The notes: generated from the sequence alone by a model not told the origin. Positions 41,040 through 51,383 are shown, counted from the first letter of the stretch. The stretch is DNA of 64,000 bases from a virus (IMGVR_UViG_3300001598_000033:64001-128000), one strand, 5' to 3'. Made by a program: numbers and translations.

Positions 41040-41636
41040 ATGACAAATCGTATTTCAGAAATTAAAGCCAAAATTGGTGCTGGTGCAAGACCGAACAAAT
41101 TTATGGTTTATATTACATTTCCTCAGAACCTAGATGTAGGTAGTACTAATTTAGAAAATGATGCCGCAATTTTATGCAAAGCTTCTTCTATTCCAGATAA
41201 GACTATTGGCGTTATCGAAGTATGGAATCAAGGTCGTAAATATAATTTACCTGGTGATACTACATTTACAGGAACTTGGGATTGTACATTCTACAACACA
41301 GAAGAACATAATCTTCGTAGAGCATTTTTAGCTTGGCAAAAGGCTATGGACCATGCTCAAACTGGTACTCATACAGGTAACCCTGCTTCATTGCAAACAA
41401 CAATGAAGGTAGCTCAGTTAGATTCAGCAGAAAATGAAACTGTGGTTTATGAATTACATAATGTTTACCCTACATCAGTAGCTACTATTTCATTAGATCA
41501 AGCTGGTGTGGATCAGTTAGAAGAATATAATGTAACATTTAGTTATAGTGATTGGGTAATTGGTGATGATGAAGATAATGACCAACCTGCTAAATTTACT
41601 AGTGCTACTAAGAATGATGTAGCATTAAATAACTAA
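41040..41636 (+). CDS. gp19: Major tail tube protein
   Basis: GARPNKF, CKA..IP, GR...LPGD..F..W, YP.....I.L, VTFSY..W; own late promoter. Confidence 0.88.
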   Translation: MTNRISEIKAKIGAGARPNKFMVYITFPQNLDVGSTNLENDAAILCKASSIPDKTIGVIEVWNQGRKYNLPGDTTFTGTWDCTFYNTEEHNLRRAFLAWQKAMDHAQTGTHTGNPASLQTTMKVAQLDSAENETVVYELHNVYPTSVATISLDQAGVDQLEEYNVTFSYSDWVIGDDEDNDQPAKFTSATKNDVALNN

Positions 41637-41654
41637 TGTAATTAAGGATATAAA

Positions 41655-42320
41655 ATGAAAGAAGAAATTTTAAATTTAGTGAAGGGTAACCCTGATGGAT
41701 TTGAAAAGGTTTTAAAGGAAGCCCTTGAAGAAAGACTTGTTAATCATCCTGCAATCCAAAAAGCTAAGAAAATCACACGTATTTATGAAGAAATTAATGC
41801 TTTAAATACTAGAGTACATGATCTTTTAATTGAAGCTAATACATTAATGAATGAATCTCATGAACCAAATGACCAAGATTTAGACTCTATTAAGTCACAT
41901 GGTGATGTTGAAGATGTAGAAACTATTGAAGAAGGTAAGATGATGGGTTCTAAAGTGTTTAATTTTGACCCTGAATCAATTGGTTTACAAGATACTAATG
42001 ATAACGTAGAAAAGATGGTTGTTAAGGATATGAAGGTATTAGATGGTACTGAAGCACCTAGTTCAATTCCTTTGTTCCAAGATGGTCCAGAATGGTTACA
42101 AGAACCTATTGTAGTAGGTAAACCTGAAGCTGGTGATACAGATATTACTTCTGGTGCTAAGTTGGATAACCAAACAATTGGTAAGACTAAATCATCTCAA
42201 GGTGAATTAGGAAGAGAAGCTGTAACAGGATTCGATTCTACATTTGATAATGTTACTAAAGTAAAAGTAATGAAATCTTTTACTAGTGATAATGATATTA
42301 GAGATTGGGATAAGGAATAA
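41655..42320 (+). CDS. Prohead core protein (gp67/68-like position)
   Basis: Acidic, rich in (L/I/M)xE, immediately upstream of gp21. Confidence 0.5.
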   Translation: MKEEILNLVKGNPDGFEKVLKEALEERLVNHPAIQKAKKITRIYEEINALNTRVHDLLIEANTLMNESHEPNDQDLDSIKSHGDVEDVETIEEGKMMGSKVFNFDPESIGLQDTNDNVEKMVVKDMKVLDGTEAPSSIPLFQDGPEWLQEPIVVGKPEAGDTDITSGAKLDNQTIGKTKSSQGELGREAVTGFDSTFDNVTKVKVMKSFTSDNDIRDWDKE

Positions 42321-42323
42321 TTT

Positions 42324-42980
42324 ATGGGTAGCTTGATGTTTGATGCTGATGCTCAACAGTTACAAATAGAGCGTGAAGAATCAATTAATGAAGCTACTGG
42401 TAAATCCGAAAAGAAATATAAGATTAAAGGTATATACTCTACTATAGCTGAAAAGAATAGAAATGGTAGAGTGTATCCTAGAAATCTTTGGGAATCGGAA
42501 GTTGCTTCTTATCAAAATGAAATAAAAACAGGTTCTATTAATACATTAATGGAATATGAACACCCTGCAAGAACTGCTGTTGATCCAATGAAGGCTGTAG
42601 CTAAAATTGAAAAATTGTGGATTGATGGTAATTATGTAATGGGTGAATCAGTATTATTAGATAATCCTCAAGCAAACCAACTTAAATCATTAATTGACAA
42701 TGGTGTGAAAATCTCAGTTTCAAGTAGAGGTGTTGGGAATGTTCGAAATGGAATTGTGGAGTCATTCAAACTTATTACTTATGACGTTGTGCCTAATCCT
42801 AGCGACTATAACGCAACAATGAATGGGATGTGTGAATCAATGCAGTTATGTGAAGGTGTAGTTCAAGGTAAGAACTTTGAATGCGACCAATTCGGTAACT
42901 TAATTGAATGTGAAAGTGTAGAAGATGTACAAAATGCTATTAGAGGGGCATTTGATGATTTTCTAAATAAAATTATTTAA
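42324..42980 (+). CDS. gp21: Prohead protease
   Basis: NRNGRVYP, E..HP, VSSRG.G, D.V..PS. Confidence 0.95.
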   Translation: MGSLMFDADAQQLQIEREESINEATGKSEKKYKIKGIYSTIAEKNRNGRVYPRNLWESEVASYQNEIKTGSINTLMEYEHPARTAVDPMKAVAKIEKLWIDGNYVMGESVLLDNPQANQLKSLIDNGVKISVSSRGVGNVRNGIVESFKLITYDVVPNPSDYNATMNGMCESMQLCEGVVQGKNFECDQFGNLIECESVEDVQNAIRGAFDDFLNKII

Positions 42981-43034
42981 TTATAATATTATAAATATAA
43001 ATAAAATAAATTATTAATATTGGAGAATTTCGAA

Positions 43035-43850
43035 ATGCTCGAAAATTTAAAAGAAAGTATAGGTGAAGCATTCACTGAGGACCTTCGAGAAGAACTTGAA
43101 GTAAAAATTCAGAAGGCAGTAGATACTAAAGCTGAAGTTAAGGTACAATCATTGATTGAAGCTAAGACTGAAGAACTTAATGAAGCTTGTGAAGAATATA
43201 AAGCACAGTTAGCTGAAGAAGCTCACAAAGCTGTAAATGATAAGATTACAGAAATCAATGAAATGGTTGATAAGTATGTAGATCATGTAGTTGCTGATTT
43301 TATTTCAGAACATCAAGAGGTGTTTAAGGTAAATGAAGAAGATCTACGTGCAGAAGCAGTATTCCGTTGTTTAAGTAATGCTTGCTTATCAGCAGGTGTG
43401 GAAGCTCAAAGAATCTCTGAAAGTATTTATGTACAAGACAGTTGCTGTCATTCAGGTATTAACTTAGGTATTAATGTAGATGAAAAGCGCATTTTAGAAA
43501 GTTTATTAAAATCTCGTAAGGAATTAAATTTACTTAAGGAAGAAAATAGTAAGCTTATTAAGATGGGTATAATTGCTGAAATGTCTGAAGATTTAACACC
43601 TTCACAAGCTAAGGAATTTGCAGAGTTAGCTGAAGCAGTTGAATTTGTAAAAGATAAATCATTTGCCAATAAGCTAGAAGATATTAAGAATTCAATCTTA
43701 GAAAGTGAAGATGAAGAAGATGAAGATGAAGAAGTAAATGAAAGTGTGGATATCGTTCGTAGTTTAAATGAAAGTATCAAAACACGTTCAAATAGCTCTA
43801 CTAACTTAATGGTTGAATCATTCAGAGATAGAATGAAAGGTTTAGTTTAA
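43035..43850 (+). CDS. gp22: Prohead core scaffold
   Basis: Acidic coiled coil, VDKY.D.V, L...Q...F..LAE; between gp21 and gp23. Confidence 0.85.
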   Translation: MLENLKESIGEAFTEDLREELEVKIQKAVDTKAEVKVQSLIEAKTEELNEACEEYKAQLAEEAHKAVNDKITEINEMVDKYVDHVVADFISEHQEVFKVNEEDLRAEAVFRCLSNACLSAGVEAQRISESIYVQDSCCHSGINLGINVDEKRILESLLKSRKELNLLKEENSKLIKMGIIAEMSEDLTPSQAKEFAELAEAVEFVKDKSFANKLEDIKNSILESEDEEDEDEEVNESVDIVRSLNESIKTRSNSSTNLMVESFRDRMKGLV

Positions 43851-43916
43851 AATTTATATAAATAAATATAAATATATTACAAAAGATTACAATTTTAATA
43901 AATAGGAGTTCCATTA

Positions 43917-45419
43917 ATGGAAATGTTAAACGAAGCAGTACAAACTGCAGTATCAAATGAGTATGCAAAGGAAATTTTTGAATCATCTAAGTATGGTGAA
44001 CAATTAACCGGTACTCAACGCGATAATATGATTCAGTTATTTGAAAATACACAAGCTGAAGTAATGAAGCAATTAAGTGAAGGTACTTTAACTTCAGATA
44101 TTGCTCAATTTACACCAATCTTATTACCTATGGTTCGTCGTATTTACCCTCAATTAATTGCGAATGAATTATTAGGCGTACAACCTATGTCTATGCCTAC
44201 AGGTTATATGTATGCAATGGTTAACCAATACTTAGGTGATGGTTTACGTAAGGTTGAAGACCGTACACGTCCTGCTGGTGTTGTTTACACAGTTAGCGCA
44301 TCAGATGCGGCTACTATTGAAGCTGGTATTGGAGCTGGCACAATCCAAACTGGTGTTACTAAGGTATTAAATTCTGATGGTGATGCTGTTGGTACATTAT
44401 TATATGTTGAAAAGGATGTTCGCACTAATGTATTAGGTGAAAATCAACACGTTGGTACTAAGATTTTAGCTACAATCGATGTAGATACATCATCTGTATT
44501 AGAACAAGACTTAGTATTAACTACTGGTGAAACATTCAGTTTAGGTACAGTTAGTGGTTTAACAGTAGTTGCTACTTACTCAAACGAAGCCGCATTTGCT
44601 CATATCCTTAAGAATTACACAGGTCCATATACTACAGTGGAAGCTGAACACTTAGGTGACGAAATAAGAGAAGTTGGTTTCAGTATCGCTCGTAAGAGTA
44701 TCGAAGCTAAGTCTCGCGCGTTAAAAGCTAAATACACAGTTGAAGCATTCCAAGATTTAAATGCACAACATGGTTTAACTATGGACTCAGAATTAATGAG
44801 TACAATGCAATATGAAATCCAATCTGAATTAGACCGTGAAATTGTTTCATTCGTTAAGAACAATTCTACATGGTTACCAGATATGCAATTTGGTACTCAA
44901 ACTAACGTACAAATTCCAGATGGTCGTTGGGAAATTGAACGTTACCGCGCTCAAGCTATCCGCATTGATAAGGAATCAGTACAAATTGGTTTAGATACAA
45001 AGCGTGGCCAAGGTAATATCTTATTAGTATCACCTAAGGTATGCACAATGTTAGAACAAGTTGGTTCATTCAACCCTGCACCTATTTCTTCTGATGTACG
45101 TCAACCAATTTCTGGTGGTGTAGCAGGTACATTCAATAACAAGTACAAGGTTGTAGTTGACCAATACGCTGATGATAACTATTGTACAGTATTATACAAG
45201 GGTGCATCTAATAAGGACGCAATGGGTATGTTCTGTCCATACGTTCCATTATCATTCACTAAGGTAACTGACTACGTAACTGGTCAACCAGTAATCATTG
45301 CTAAGACTCGTTATGCATTAGGTACAATTCCTGGTGTTGTTAACCCAGAATCTAATGACCGTGCTAAGTCATATGCTCGTAGCTTTGGTGTAAATTTTGC
45401 TAACACAATTTTAGCATAA
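43917..45419 (+). CDS. gp23: Major capsid protein
   Basis: VRR..P.LIA....GVQPM..PTG, AKSR.LKA.Y..E..QDL..HG, F.PYVPL, TRY. Confidence 0.97.
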   Translation: MEMLNEAVQTAVSNEYAKEIFESSKYGEQLTGTQRDNMIQLFENTQAEVMKQLSEGTLTSDIAQFTPILLPMVRRIYPQLIANELLGVQPMSMPTGYMYAMVNQYLGDGLRKVEDRTRPAGVVYTVSASDAATIEAGIGAGTIQTGVTKVLNSDGDAVGTLLYVEKDVRTNVLGENQHVGTKILATIDVDTSSVLEQDLVLTTGETFSLGTVSGLTVVATYSNEAAFAHILKNYTGPYTTVEAEHLGDEIREVGFSIARKSIEAKSRALKAKYTVEAFQDLNAQHGLTMDSELMSTMQYEIQSELDREIVSFVKNNSTWLPDMQFGTQTNVQIPDGRWEIERYRAQAIRIDKESVQIGLDTKRGQGNILLVSPKVCTMLEQVGSFNPAPISSDVRQPISGGVAGTFNNKYKVVVDQYADDNYCTVLYKGASNKDAMGMFCPYVPLSFTKVTDYVTGQPVIIAKTRYALGTIPGVVNPESNDRAKSYARSFGVNFANTILA

Positions 45420-45462
45420 TTTAGAAATATAAATAAAATAATAAAGTTCATTAAATAATTTT

Positions 45463-45491
45463 AAATCCTATCGAAAGATAGGATTTTTTTT
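45463..45491. terminator. Intrinsic terminator
   Basis: AATCCTATC-GAAA-GATAGGATT followed by T-tract. Confidence 0.85.
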
Positions 45492-45564
45492 GTATTAATA
45501 TTTTTATATATTAATTTTATATATTAATTATTATATAAGAAACTAAAATTTTTTTTCAAAAAAT

Positions 45565-45646
45565 TAAAAAAAAGTGTTGATTTTTATTTTAAGTTATTAT
45601 ATAATATATACATAAAGATAAGGAATTAAAGAAAATCTAAAAGGTA
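45565..45646 (+). promoter_or_regulatory. Repeated early promoter unit, copy 3
   Basis: TTGATT(45577)-17-TATAAT(45600), same leader. Confidence 0.85.
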
Positions 45647-45652
45647 ATTGAA

Positions 45653-46075
45653 ATGATTAAATTGGTTAAAACATTTACTTATAATGGTAGAGACTGCAGT
45701 ATTTGTAAGGTAACAGATGGTTTGACACAATGGCTAACTGCTTATGTTCACCTCCCAGAACTTACTGAATACTACGAAGATGAAATGGCCAGAGTTCCTG
45801 ACTACATTGACCGTGTAGAGGAACCGTTGGATGATTACTTATTTAATGCTCCATTTGTATCATTTATAGGAATGTTTGACAGCACTAAAGTGGTAGGTTA
45901 TGACCATGAAGTTGTTAGCGATAAAGTTTTTAGTGTTGGATTAGACTTAGCACACTTACAATATTTAGAACTAAATGATAAAATGTCTATTGATTTAGCT
46001 GAGTCACAATTAAAAGAAATTGTTGACTTTATTGAAGATAATTACAAAGAAATAGAAAACATTATTAAAGGATAA
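45653..46075 (+). CDS. Hypothetical early protein
   Basis: AYV.LP and G.D.AH motifs. Confidence 0.65.
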   Translation: MIKLVKTFTYNGRDCSICKVTDGLTQWLTAYVHLPELTEYYEDEMARVPDYIDRVEEPLDDYLFNAPFVSFIGMFDSTKVVGYDHEVVSDKVFSVGLDLAHLQYLELNDKMSIDLAESQLKEIVDFIEDNYKEIENIIKG

Positions 46076-46088
46076 TATGGAGTAATAT

Positions 46089-46985
46089 ATGGAATTTAAA
46101 GATTTTAAATATATGCACATAGAACACTGGGACACTGATGAAGTTTTACACTTAAAAAATTCTGAAGCCTTATGTGTTCAACCTAAGTTAGATGGTACTA
46201 ACTGTTGTATAACATTTGATAATGGTAATATTATTATTGGTTCCCGTAACCGTTTTATTACACCAGAAGATGATAATAATGGTTGCGCAAAATATATAAT
46301 GGAAAACCTAAAGGAAGAATTGTTAGAGTATTTTAAAGCTAACCCTACAAACATTCTGTATGGTGAATACCTAATAAACCACGTTTTTAAGGTTAAACCA
46401 GAATATGTGAATAGGTTTTATATCTTTGACGTATATGACAGGATTACCTGCGAATACAGACAACCAAATAGTACTGAAGAAGATGTTGGGTTGGATATTG
46501 TACCTACAATCCCAGCTCAAAACAGACCTAACTTTAAAGAATTTGTTTTAAGTGACCTAAAGCAATTCAGTAAATTCCTAATGGATGATGGATTTGAAAC
46601 TGGTGAGGGTTTTGTAATTAAGGATTACACTAATCCTAGAAACAAATATGGAAGAATTTGCTGGGCAAAGGTATTATTTGAAAAACCTAAGTTTGAAGGC
46701 AAACATGTTGCTGGTAAGGACTTTTGGTTAAGCATAAGAGAAAAGTTTTTTACAGATGCTTTCATTGAAAAGGAAACTATTAAATACTTAGAAACTAATA
46801 ATCTAATAGAAATTGATAACTTTAATAAGTATGCTAATATTGTAATTGCAGAATTTATCAAGGAAGAAATTGCTAATATAATATTTAAGTGTAAGTATCC
46901 AAAAATCAATTTCCAGGAATTGAAAGTGTTTCTAACTAAGATTTTAAAGGATTTTCGTGATGTTCATAATAATAACCTTAAGTGA
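46089..46985 (+). CDS. RNA ligase (Rnl2-like)
   Basis: KLDGTN, SRN, YGE, FDV, EGFVIK, AK motifs. Confidence 0.85.
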   Translation: MEFKDFKYMHIEHWDTDEVLHLKNSEALCVQPKLDGTNCCITFDNGNIIIGSRNRFITPEDDNNGCAKYIMENLKEELLEYFKANPTNILYGEYLINHVFKVKPEYVNRFYIFDVYDRITCEYRQPNSTEEDVGLDIVPTIPAQNRPNFKEFVLSDLKQFSKFLMDDGFETGEGFVIKDYTNPRNKYGRICWAKVLFEKPKFEGKHVAGKDFWLSIREKFFTDAFIEKETIKYLETNNLIEIDNFNKYANIVIAEFIKEEIANIIFKCKYPKINFQELKVFLTKILKDFRDVHNNNLK

Positions 46986-47163
46986 GTTTTTACATTGGTA
47001 TGCCGAATTTAAAACTGTGATTTCTGTTAGAACAGACGATACAACATACCCTAGTTTAACAGTATCAGAATGGTTAAAGAATATGGAAAAGTACGAAGAA
47101 ATTATGGATGAAGAAATATCTATAATCAGTGTAGAAGATAATGTGATGGTAATATATCTATGA
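46957..47163 (+). CDS. Hypothetical protein
   Basis: Overlapping small ORF in the early cluster. Confidence 0.5.
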   Translation: MMFIIITLSEFLHWYAEFKTVISVRTDDTTYPSLTVSEWLKNMEKYEEIMDEEISIISVEDNVMVIYL

Positions 47164-47369
47164 AAGTTGGTGAATTAATTTTTCATGCAGACCACTTCGA
47201 CTATGTTGAGGTGGAGTTTAATAAAATCATAGCTTTTGAAGATGCAAAGGTTTTGCCTTTAGAAATCCTAGAAAAAGAAGTAATCAGTTTCAGTCCGTAC
47301 ATTGAAGATCCTTATGATCCAAATAGTAAAATAACTTTGCTAATAGAGGTTAAAGATGGAAGAATTTAA
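47160..47369 (+). CDS. Hypothetical protein
   Basis: ATGA-coupled small ORF. Confidence 0.55.
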   Translation: MKVGELIFHADHFDYVEVEFNKIIAFEDAKVLPLEILEKEVISFSPYIEDPYDPNSKITLLIEVKDGRI

Positions 47370-47589
47370 TTATGACGAGTTGTTGACTAAGAGACAAAAA
47401 GAGTTGCTAGACGATTACATCAAAAGATCGCTAATGGCAGAAATAGAAGGAAAAGAATTTGAAAGAAAAGAAAGTGATGAAGAAGCAGAAAAAAATAATT
47501 AAAGAATTTTGTTCTTTGTTTAAACCTAATTATGGGTAAGAAAATGAAAACTACGGTAAATATTTAGTGAGACGCAATAGAGGTAGAAA

Positions 47590-47856
47590 ATGAAAATAAG
47601 AGAATTTTTTGAATTATATAGAGAACCTGAATGTGTAGAAGATTATGTTTGGGAGTTTAATATAGATAAAAAATATAAAATCATTGATAAGCAAGGTTTG
47701 CTTAACTACCCAGAATTATTTGATAAAGAAATGACCTATTTTACCATAGTTAATCAGATTGACTATGAAAAGGACGTAGTTTATAGTTTTGGTGGATTAA
47801 AAGTATATCCAAAAGCTAGGGTATACATATACACAACTGAATATAACGGAGTTTAA
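47590..47856 (+). CDS. Hypothetical protein
   Basis: GAGG RBS. Confidence 0.6.
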   Translation: MKIREFFELYREPECVEDYVWEFNIDKKYKIIDKQGLLNYPELFDKEMTYFTIVNQIDYEKDVVYSFGGLKVYPKARVYIYTTEYNGV

Positions 47857-48054
47857 ATGATTTACTGTAAGGAAAATGTTTCCGATTGTATAGTGCATAT
47901 TGGCAAAACTGGTTTATTTTCCCATAGTGAAGATTTTAAAGAATTTGCTCAGGGAAAACTAACTAGAATTGTTATTTGCGAAGATAAAGTGCTTTATGAG
48001 TGTAATTATGCAGATAAGAAATTTTGCTATTTTAGATATTTTAAAATCATATAG
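47857..48054 (+). CDS. Hypothetical protein related to the N-termini of the next two genes
   Basis: HIG..G.FS...DF....G.L shared pattern. Confidence 0.55.
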   Translation: MIYCKENVSDCIVHIGKTGLFSHSEDFKEFAQGKLTRIVICEDKVLYECNYADKKFCYFRYFKII

Positions 48055-48072
48055 CATATATGGAGTTAAGAA

Positions 48073-48612
48073 ATGTCTGAACAACTAGATTTAGAAAATA
48101 CAAGAATATACTTAAATACATATGGTGATATCTTATGCGCCTTTACACACATAGGTGAGGAAGTTTATCTTTCTAACGATAGTGATTTTGGTACATATTT
48201 TAAAGGGAAGCTTATTGGTATTACTTATGTAAATGTAAATGATAGCACTTATACAAGGTATCCTTTTATTGGAAGAACTGTTGGAAATAGTGGTTTAGAA
48301 ATAAGCGGGAATTATATGTATTTTATCCTTGAAAAAGACACCAAGTTCAAGGAAAAGAAATTAAGACCTTATGGTATAAACGAATTTTTTGATAAATTCA
48401 CTATGCTTTCAAGAATTACCTTTAGAGAAAAAGGGAATAATGACTGTATTATTACTTGTATTGTTAATGGTTATAGGACTAGACCTGTCTGCATAGATGT
48501 ATGTTTAGGTGTAGAGTGGATATCTCTAGGAACACTTTTTGATAAGTATGAATATAAAGATAAATTAGGTAATTGGTCACCATTTGGAGTGTTAGAAAAT
48601 GAAAAAGATTAA
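48073..48612 (+). CDS. Hypothetical protein, paralog of 48599-49138
   Basis: EEVY.SN..DF..Y..G.L and LF..YEY......W.PFGV shared. Confidence 0.7.
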   Translation: MSEQLDLENTRIYLNTYGDILCAFTHIGEEVYLSNDSDFGTYFKGKLIGITYVNVNDSTYTRYPFIGRTVGNSGLEISGNYMYFILEKDTKFKEKKLRPYGINEFFDKFTMLSRITFREKGNNDCIITCIVNGYRTRPVCIDVCLGVEWISLGTLFDKYEYKDKLGNWSPFGVLENEKD

Positions 48613-49138
48613 TACAAACAAAAGTGTAATTTATGGAAATGGAATATCCGATTTAAAAAAGTCTTCTAAATACTTAAATGAAGAAGTTTATTTTTCAAAT
48701 TTTTCAGACTTTTCTGAATACAAAGAAGGTATACTAAAATCAGTTAAGATGTCTTATGGTGCTGGTTATTCTTATGGGAATGGGTGTGATAATCAGAACT
48801 ACAACTATTTCATACCCAAAGACATGGTTGCGTTTGGTGATGAACCGAAAAAATATTACAAACCTTTCAAAACTATTGGAGAATTGCTAGACAGTACAGG
48901 TTTAGTCTTTCACCAATACCCAAACACAGTTCAATATCTAGAATTTAGAAGTAATTGTGGCGATACATACTACCTATCTTATAATGGATATGAAATAGAC
49001 AAATTCGGAACTGTTTATATCCATTTGGGTTCATTAACATTTACACTTAAGGAGTTATTTAATTCCTATGAATACACTTCGGATGGCATTAAGTGGCTAC
49101 CTTTTGGTGTAGAATGTGAGAAAGATGAAGTAGAATAA
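48599..49138 (+). CDS. Hypothetical protein, paralog of 48073-48612
   Basis: Same motifs and same length (179 aa). Confidence 0.7.
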   Translation: MKKINTNKSVIYGNGISDLKKSSKYLNEEVYFSNFSDFSEYKEGILKSVKMSYGAGYSYGNGCDNQNYNYFIPKDMVAFGDEPKKYYKPFKTIGELLDSTGLVFHQYPNTVQYLEFRSNCGDTYYLSYNGYEIDKFGTVYIHLGSLTFTLKELFNSYEYTSDGIKWLPFGVECEKDEVE

Positions 49139-49221
49139 AATAGCATTTTATTTAATTATATTAATTTTTTATTAATATTATATTATAGAAATACTAAAAA
49201 ATTTTTCTTTTTTTTTTAAAA

Positions 49222-49306
49222 AATCTAAAAAAAAGTGTTGACTTTTATTTTAAAGTATGCTATAATATATACATAAAGATAAGAAATTAAAGAAAACTTA
49301 AGAGGT
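49222..49306 (+). promoter_or_regulatory. Repeated early promoter unit, copy 4
   Basis: TTGACT(49238)-17-TATAAT(49261), same leader. Confidence 0.85.
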
Positions 49307-49313
49307 AAAGAAT

Positions 49314-49769
49314 ATGAAATTAGATGTTATGGAAATTTGTGAAATGTGTGAAAAGAGCAAAGATGAATTTTGCAATAAATTTGCCAAGGAAGCTCAAGCT
49401 GAATTAGATGCAATGATTCCAGAATGTCCAGAAGGCGAAAAGTTTAAAGAAATTAAGGAAGCCATTGATAAAGGTTGCAAGTATTTCAATTCTAGCTATT
49501 GGTCAGATGTATACCCAGGAATTATCACAAAGGTAATAAACCCAAAAACCATTGAAGTGTTGGAGTTGGATCGCATTGCTGATGTGAGAAAGGCATGTGG
49601 GCCTGGTTATCAGAATTGGATAATTTACAGAGATGACAATAAATGTACAAAGCATATCTTTACACTAAGAAAGAATGGAAGATGGATTGAGAAGGGTGGT
49701 ACAATGAAGAGTGGATTACACGGTAGTATTTGTGACGACCCCCACTATTATTACGATTGGTCATTTTAA
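49314..49769 (+). CDS. Hypothetical early protein
   Basis: WSD.YP, TLRKNGRW, C-terminal YYDWSF. Confidence 0.7.
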   Translation: MKLDVMEICEMCEKSKDEFCNKFAKEAQAELDAMIPECPEGEKFKEIKEAIDKGCKYFNSSYWSDVYPGIITKVINPKTIEVLELDRIADVRKACGPGYQNWIIYRDDNKCTKHIFTLRKNGRWIEKGGTMKSGLHGSICDDPHYYYDWSF

Positions 49770-49791
49770 TACTATAGCATGATAAACGTTG

Positions 49792-49822
49792 TATAACCCT
49801 ATTTTCATAGGGTTATATTTTT
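49792..49822. terminator. Terminator between convergent genes
   Basis: TATAACCCTAT-TTTC-ATAGGGTTATA. Confidence 0.75.
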
Positions 49823-49826
49823 TAAA

Positions 49827-50099
49827 TCACTTTATAAAAATATTTACTATTTGGTTATTATTTAACCCCAAATACATCGATATTACTTTTATATCTTTTA
49901 TTGATAAATGATGATGTATTTTATAGCTTAATTGCTGAGGAGATATATTTAAAACTTCTGCTAAATTATTAAATCTTGTATTTGTTACCTTTAACAATAA
50001 CTGTAATCTCTTAATCAAAGTAATTTCAGAAGTTTTAAATATATCACCTTTAATATAAAATATATCACCATTTTCAGACATTATAGACTGTAATGGCAT
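49827..50099 (-). CDS. XRE-type HTH DNA-binding protein
   Basis: LAEVLNISPQQLSYKI...I...L.L......IF. Confidence 0.7.
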   Translation of the reverse strand: MPLQSIMSENGDIFYIKGDIFKTSEITLIKRLQLLLKVTNTRFNNLAEVLNISPQQLSYKIHHHLSIKDIKVISMYLGLNNNQIVNIFIK

Positions 50100-50108
50100 A
50101 ATATTTCC

Positions 50109-50591
50109 TTATGGTTTAAGTTGATCCTCTGTTAGTATTATAAACTTCATATTTTGCTGTTTAGCAAATTCATCAGCTGATTTCCATTTAGCTTGATTTA
50201 CTAAATAAGTTTCTATTGAATCTTTATAATACTTTGCATTCTTTTCATTTAGTACTTTTGGTTTCTTTGGCTTTTGTGTTTCTCCTTTTGATTTAATTTC
50301 TACAATAAATTTATCTCCTGTAATGAACTCTAAAAACATATCTATAAAATACCTATGTTGTTTATTATCAGTAGGTTTTATATATTTAATATTAAAAGGT
50401 TCAATACTAAACCTTTTAATTTTAGGGTTCATATCAGCATACCTAAACGCTATTCGTTCAAGCATAGATTTATATTGAATATACGAAACCCCATTTTGTA
50501 TTGTATAGGATTCCATATATTCATCTAACGGTTTAATAAATTTCTCAGGGTGTTGCAAAGCATACCACCCTTTATGAGATTTGTATTTCAT
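50109..50591 (-). CDS. gp4: Head completion nuclease (gp4-like)
   Basis: G.Y....P.K, Y.S..E, I.Y..P.D...HRYF.D, VEIK, N.AKW..A, F.ILTE. Confidence 0.9.
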   Translation of the reverse strand: MKYKSHKGWYALQHPEKFIKPLDEYMESYTIQNGVSYIQYKSMLERIAFRYADMNPKIKRFSIEPFNIKYIKPTDNKQHRYFIDMFLEFITGDKFIVEIKSKGETQKPKKPKVLNEKNAKYYKDSIETYLVNQAKWKSADEFAKQQNMKFIILTEDQLKP

Positions 50592-50594
50592 TTA

Positions 50595-51383
50595 TTAGAA
50601 AATAATTCGCCATGTAATTTTTAATTCAGTTGTATCATCTTTTACTTTAGCTGGAAATGTTTTCATGGAAAATAATCTTCCATTTACATATAAACCAGCT
50701 TCTGTAAATAATGATACTTCACTATTAAACCCTGCTTCACTTGCATTATGCTGATTATTTGCCTGACTCTTTGGTATAGTGAATACAAACTGACATATTG
50801 TCTGTTTTAAGATATCTTCTGAAACATCTTCAGGTATAGACACTGTACATCCACATCTATTATCTTTTGAAGCACCAATTGTTAAATTAGTTCCATCATA
50901 TGTATTACCTTCTAAACTGAAGTTTATATTATAATAATATGGTTTAGAAGTTTGTACAAAATCTTCACCATTTATTGCAGTATCGGTAATAGGTAAGACT
51001 TTATCTTCTCCAGTATATCTGTAATACTTATTATAATACTTAACAATATCCCATTTACGCAAATCAGCATTGCTACCTTCAGTTACTGTTATTACAGGTT
51101 GTTCTGAGTATAAACATTGATGTAGTTTATCCTTATTAAATCCTGTTTGTTCTGATTTAGGGGTATATTCCGAGAATGTACAACCTTCAGTACCAATTAC
51201 AAATCTATTGGCGAATTGGATGTTTTTATCGATGTTCTTTCTATTAAGGAATATTTCAGCCATTGAACGTCTCGCTGACATCATAATGGTATTATGGTCT
51301 TCAAATACATCAACCACCTTACCATCTTTTATACATTCAACTTTGAAATAACCCTCAAATCCGGTTCTAATCTGATCTTTCAT
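50595..51383 (-). CDS. Baseplate/fibre-attachment protein
   Basis: G.F......G..V....DHN.I and EAGL....LFS..TFP..KD....I.W.I.F motifs; in the baseplate operon. Confidence 0.6.
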   Translation of the reverse strand: MKDQIRTGFEGYFKVECIKDGKVVDVFEDHNTIMMSARRSMAEIFLNRKNIDKNIQFANRFVIGTEGCTFSEYTPKSEQTGFNKDKLHQCLYSEQPVITVTEGSNADLRKWDIVKYYNKYYRYTGEDKVLPITDTAINGEDFVQTSKPYYYNINFSLEGNTYDGTNLTIGASKDNRCGCTVSIPEDVSEDILKQTICQFVFTIPKSQANNQHNASEAGFNSEVSLFTEAGLYVNGRLFSMKTFPAKVKDDTTELKITWRIIF

